NCBI RefSeq assembly: GCF_008831285.2
Contig: NC_045138.2
Coordinates: 35,774,001 to 35,838,000 of the forward strand
Reading direction: 5' to 3'
DNA: 64,000 nt
Source of the DNA: Nymphaea colorata
Lineage: Eukaryota
The notes below the pieces were generated by a model, which saw only the letters and a program-made list of their open reading frames with translations, searched no databases and had not been told where the DNA came from. Shown in pieces: positions 58,317 to 64,000 of the stretch (its first letter is position 1; every line of letters starts with the position of its first letter). Position numbers and translations under genes: made by a program.

Positions 58317-61300
58317 ATGGCGGAGTTGGATTGGAAGCACCACACTATCATCCAATCCTTGCTCTCTCGCGGCCCTCTCAAAGAGTCGGCCTTTCGATCT
58401 CTCTTCGCAGATGTTACCGGCAAGAATCCAGGTCTTTATCTTTCCCTTTCATTCTTTGTGCAGGATACTTGATTATCCGTTCTCCGGTGGAAAGCCGGAG
58501 AGCAAATGTGTTTTGTTTACATTGGAGATGTTTGGCTTCTTTGTTTGACTTTCAACTCATTGTGTTCGGTGAGTTGGGAGTTTGAGCCAAGAACACGATG
58601 TGAGTGGAAAAGATGTTTGATGGGATCATGCTTTCTTCTCTTGTTTGCTTTCTGGTCGTCCACGACCAAAGGAGCAGCAAAGTTATATAGGAGGTTGGAC
58701 GATGATGGATTTTGACGAGGACATTAATGACTGGTATCGACAGGAGCTTTCTTGCTCTTGGTGCAGTTTGAGATGATTATCTTTTATGCTTTTTTTTTTT
58801 CCCTTTGGCTTCTTTGTTCGGTTATCAGGTTTTTGTCCTAACTAGTCAGGGATGCCTATAAATAGTTAGGAGGCGATGTCTTTTGTGACTGATGATCAGG
58901 AGGAAGAGGAGGACTATGACCTCAGGTCTCTCCTTTTCCTTTGTGGAACATATTTGTGATGGTTTCTGTATGTTGCTTGGAAGCAAACTAGATAGCAATG
59001 GAGTGTGAAATGGCATTGCGGAAACTTGGATGCTTGAAGCATCCCTTTGAGGATCTGGCTTAACGGAGTTCGGTGGAACGATAATCGTGTGGACAAAAAG
59101 CTGTCATTAGAGCACTGCTTTGGAACAGGGTATCTAGACAACGATAAGTTTGTCTTAGTTTATCTGACGCCTTCCAATGTTTGGACGTGCAAGTGTCATC
59201 AACACGTAGCATTACGGTTGGGGTTGGTAACCCAATTTTCTGTTCAATAAGTCCCGAGTAAGTATCCATTGGCAACTCAACAACCTAACAGGAACGGTCA
59301 TCAGGCTCCTTTCAGTGCATGGAGGGCGCTTCGTTTAAAACCAAGAGGAGTGGGCAAAACAACTTCGGTTTTCGGCTTTTCGAGCCATTATTCTTGACGG
59401 AAAAAAATACATTGATGTTGCTTCTGTTAGTTGTTTAACTATGCGGTTTCCCTTTTTCCTGTCAGTATGAAAAGCTACGTCCTACCTGATCAGGTCTTCT
59501 AATGAGTATTTTGTATAGGGACCTATAGGAGTACCGTATTTAGTTGTATTATTGGATCTCATACTCGCATGCAGTGGTTGATTCTTATAATTGATGGATC
59601 CATGGTAAGTATGACGTATAATTGAGGTTAAGGTCTTGATAAGCGTTTATGTTCTCAAATTCTCCTGTTGGGTTACTATTTTTTTTTAGAGTTGGCAAAT
59701 CTAATTCTTGCATCTAGGAAATAGTGTTCTCTAGTGCTAACTGATATGAGAAAATTGTGTGTATGTGTGTGTGTTTTTTTTCGTTTATAACCTGTATTTT
59801 CTCTACAATAAGTTGTAGAACAAGTAGGTACTTTTTTCGAATATCCATAGGAATTGTTTATTTGGTCGTGGAGAGATGCCATTGTCAGTCATTTATAACG
59901 AAAACATGAAAACTAGCCTCTTTTCGTATTCTCATTCAAGCAGCACTGTTATCCTTCTTAAGGATTCTTTCCATCAATTCTCTTGTAGTTTTCTCTTGTA
60001 ATTAGGAACCACGAGGTTTTCGTTTCTCACGAATAAACACCAAATCTTGCCACTGTATCTTCTCTTCAGTAAGATTTTAGACGACAATGCCGTTCATAGA
60101 AGATCTATTCTATTTGTTACTGCAGGTCGAAACCAACAAGTCTTCAATGACTATCTTCGTAAAATAAACAAGGAGCTTGCTTATGTTCAGTTTGAGCTAA
60201 GGGGTTGCAGAAATCAATACGATGGAGAAGTCTATTATGGTATTGTTAACACTATTGCTGATGAACAATCGAAACTTGGAACAAATTACTCTGTACCACA
60301 GATTGCATTTTTCAAGGCGGTGGTAAGCTTGCATTAGATGTTGAAGATTTGGTCTCTCTGGTGTGAAACATATTAAATTGTTATTACAAAGTGAAAACTC
60401 TGTTTCTTATAAAATGAACGATTCTGTCCATTGTAAACCTTTGTAGGTACAGCTTGAAACATATATTTTTACTGAAAAATGTTCTTTTATTAAGCTCTTA
60501 TTACCTCCTTCGTTTGCTACTTATGTTCTCCCTGATCTATCTTCAGTGTGACAACTTGTGCTCAGTATTGCTTCAGATATCTGATTTCTGTGTCCCTTCC
60601 TAGTTTGCATATACAAATTTAGAATTGTGACTTAGGCCACGCAGTTTATCCTAACAACACCTGTTATCAAATCCCTTAACAGACTGAAATTACTTCGGTA
60701 CCTGTCATGCCCAACCAATCGCACAATTTTATTGACAGCCAAAATATGCCTTAAACTTTTGTGTGTATATGCATATCTCACGTTTTGTTTTTCTGTGCAG
60801 ATAGAGGCAATTTTGCATGAATCAGGGGCTGAAGGCACCATATCTCACATTTCTTCTCTCAATGTTCGCCTGGAGAACAAGGTATACATGCACGATGACT
60901 TCATGCTCTCCAAATTCCGTCGTCTCTATTAATGATGTACGCAAAAGTTGCTGCCCCGTAGAACATGTAGGATCAATGTTGTCAATCTCGGTATTGGTGT
61001 CGTCTAAGTTTGCTCATTGTTGCTGTGAAGTGGTCCATCCTCATGGCTCGTAGTGGCCTATTTTCCCTTTTTCTGATTTTTAAAGTAGCTAAAATATTTA
61101 AATTGATCCAAAAAATAAAAAAATATAGGCATGTTAAGACTCCACATCTTATAGGCAAGGAGCTGATACTTGGCTGATACATACCAATACACTCTGATTT
61201 TAATGACACTTATATAAGATAGTGTCACGGCCTATAATGGTCATGACGTCTCTTTCTTCTCGTGGAATATGGAGTGTGTTCACAACGGTTGATGCCTGTA

Positions 61301-62921
61301 GTGGTGGTACTTGCTGTTTTTTTCTTCTGGTTTATTAAAAATATCCAACTTTTTTTATGACCAATCCAGAATTTGTAGTTCCACCATATTCTTTTACACT
61401 AGTGGTTTTAATTGGAATCTGTTGCTTCTGAAACTATGCAATTTATACTCTAGCTGTACATCTATACTGTACATTTATTGCTGGTGTTCTCTAGAGTTTC
61501 ACTTAGAACGTTAACAAGATTTCTATTTGCTAAAACGGAACTTCGAGATTTGTTCTTGAAAATGAAAGCCTGCTTTTGAATAAAGCAGTAAATCCATTTT
61601 CAGTATGAGCTTTAGGTCTTCACATTTCTTTCTCAGTTTATATCATAATGTGGTATCCTAAATGTTCTTTTATCCGTGGAAAAGGGCTACGTTTCGTCTG
61701 GCCGATCCTTGTCTGTGTTGCGGCGTGGCTTTGTGTGTTATCCGTTCTTGGCTAGGATTAGAGCTTGGAGGAAGGGGCCATTGTGGAGCGTCGCATAAAA
61801 TATCTGTTGCTACTCCTTATTTTTCCGGAAATTATTGAAGGTCGCTTCTTTTTGGTATCAGGCAAGGCAATCATCTCAGGCTGGTAGTTCTCAGGCGCCC
61901 TCCTCCTTCAGGCAGTTCTCTCTTTCACAGAAAGAGAAAACTCTTTACGATCTAATCCGTGATGGATGGCTATGCTCTACTGAGAATGGAAATGTCGGTA
62001 TTGGCATTAGATCTTTTCTCGATTTGCGTAGTTGGTTCCGCTGCAACGACATTCCTTCTTGTGATGTCTGTAACGAAGCTGGAGTGAAGGTGTGTCGTTT
62101 TTTCTACTTTCTCGAGGCCTTTGTCTGTTCCCTCTGGTCCTTTATGACATAAATTGAGCAGTTTCCTATTAGGTTCAGCAAGTTAATTTGGATTTGCTTC
62201 CTCGCATTAATAATCTTCTTTATTCTATTCTCTTTGGCAAATCATTCTTCGTCAGGCGGTCATGTGTCGAAATGAGGATTGTGCGGGGCGCATTCATTCA
62301 TATTGTTTAGAAAAGAAATTCTCTCAGGAAGGGGTATGCTCTCTCTCATATTCTCTCTCACATACACACAAACAGAGTAGAGACGCATGTACGCACAGTA
62401 AATACACGCACGCGCGGTCACGCATTTACACATACCTATTGGACTATGCACAAGGCGGGCTCACGTTTGATATCGTCTTTTAGGTAGCAAGAGTTTGCCC
62501 AAGTTGTGGTTTTGATTGGCCATATGGTAGGGAAAAAGTTAAGCAGGAAGACGAACTGAAGATACCATCACCTGATGCTGCCGGTAGTCCTGCCATGACC
62601 AAGCGGGTTAGGAGTTGCAGGGTTGATGCCACGGACAAGCCCCCTATAGCCAAGCGGTTGAGGAGTTGCAAGACTGAGCTTGAAGCTGAAGTCAATGTGG
62701 CAGAGGATGAATTGAGGGTTCCATTTCCTGATGCCACTGGTAGTCCTACCATGACCAAGAGGGTCAGAAGTTGCAGAACTGGCAGGGCAGGTGATCCCGA
62801 CAAAAAGCTGAGATGCAAAGTAAAGATTGATGTCGGTGTTGAAGTAGATCCATCTGGGTGTCCCATGCAATCTGCTCCCCAGCAACCGAGGAGGAGTTTA
62901 AGGTCTGTCCGTAGCAGGTGA
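58317..62921 (+). CDS. NSE1: SMC5/6 complex subunit NSE1 (winged-helix plus RING-like domain), 378 aa; exons 58317-58431, 60126-60322, 60801-60881, 61862-62089, 62256-62333, 62484-62921
   Basis: Motifs MAELDWKHHTIIQSLLSRGPLKE, FELRGCRNQYDGEVYYGIVN, GIRSFLDLRSWF, and RING-like CDVCNE...CRNEDC...IHSYC...CPSC. CDS 1137 nt in frame. Confidence 0.93.
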
Positions 62922-64000
62922 AACAGTTGTCTTCCAATAACCTGGAATGGTGTACTTATTGTCTTGGCAGTGTCTATAGTTCATATTGAAGGAAAAAATA
63001 TACTGAATCCTAGTCACGGCTTTTGTAATTACAAACTGCATTTCGTTTTCCTTTCATAATGCATTTCGTCAGTTTTTCGTATTTTTTTTCTTTATTACAC
63101 GAGGGGTTGATACTTTGGTGGTAAAAGTTAAAACCCTTTGTGCAGAGAATTGATGTCATAGTTGCTTGAACCGCTGCTGTCCGTTTTTCAGTTGAGACTC
63201 AACTCCACCTTGCCAATTGCTTCTCTCTTGTGGGTTTTGCCTTTTTCAATTGGAAGATGATATAATAAAGAAATCCTGCAGAAATTGCCCAAAAGCATAT
63301 TGAATTTTGTAGAAAGCAGCCAAGACCTCTGCAGCATTAGGAATTGATCTTGATCCTGGTCGGAGCGGAATCTAATTCGGGTGGACCAACTTCTTTAGAA
63401 TGCTTACAAGATGTCACTTACGTTGCCATCCTCGGCGCTGCTCCTAGACTAGTATGGACCGCACAATTTATGTCATAATACTAAAAGCTGATTGCAGCTT
63501 ATGACGGGATCCGTTCTGTGTTATCTCGAGACAATGACTCGCCAATGGCCAAAAAGCAAAAGGGAGAGAAGACAGCATGGATAGCAATTTATGGTTCTGA
63601 AAGTTGGCGCGCTAGCCACATACATGAATGCCGTCTGCAGTATTGCAGATCAAGCCTGACCTTCACACATTACTATTCTTAAAACTGAATCTGATCTTCC
63701 TTATATGTAGCCACCGATCATGATTCATGGACCATTGCCACTATCTGCAAGCAGATGGCACTCTATCAATAGGAGCTGCCAATCATTTCCAAGGAGCGCT
63801 AAGCTTCAAGAAGATGCTGTTTACTACTGTCATCTCCATCTTTCGTTGCCCACCTAGCATAGTAAATAAATTGCACAAGTATCTAGACAGTTGTCAAGGA
63901 CCCGTTACAAGTATACCAATTGAAGAACAGTAACCATAAACTGCGAAGAGCTGTAAGGATACGACAGAGTCCAGGACCATGCATGCTACGGCATCAAACA

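Overview
Gene-dense flowering-plant nuclear DNA with GT-AG introns, MITEs and microsatellites; the species cannot be fixed from sequence alone. I assembled the spliced models by hand, and each closes in frame. In order: an 84-aa unknown ORF (-), RETICULATA-RELATED/DUF3411 (+), a small CSPTxHxGSFRCRLH-motif protein (-), HINT1 (-), RPL30 (+), a single-exon CC-NB-ARC-LRR immune receptor (-), ARF1 (+), RRP7A (+), SRP68 (-), ICMT/STE14 (-) and NSE1 (+). The NLR locus is the most unusual part. The intact gene has an MHD->MHE change, a duplicated CC segment and a miR482/2118-type site, and it is flanked by two same-strand relics that no ORF label identifies. One relic (~31955-32535) keeps the 5'UTR splice acceptor, the first ~16 codons, the last ~15 codons and the 3'UTR but lacks the ~3 kb between; it is one base away from a 40-aa mini-NLR ORF. 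NSE1 has a repeat-expanded basic tail, and RPL30 intron 2 has G-U-rich hairpins. I saw no rRNA, tRNA, CRISPR or autonomous transposon ORFs. All function claims beyond family assignment are inference.
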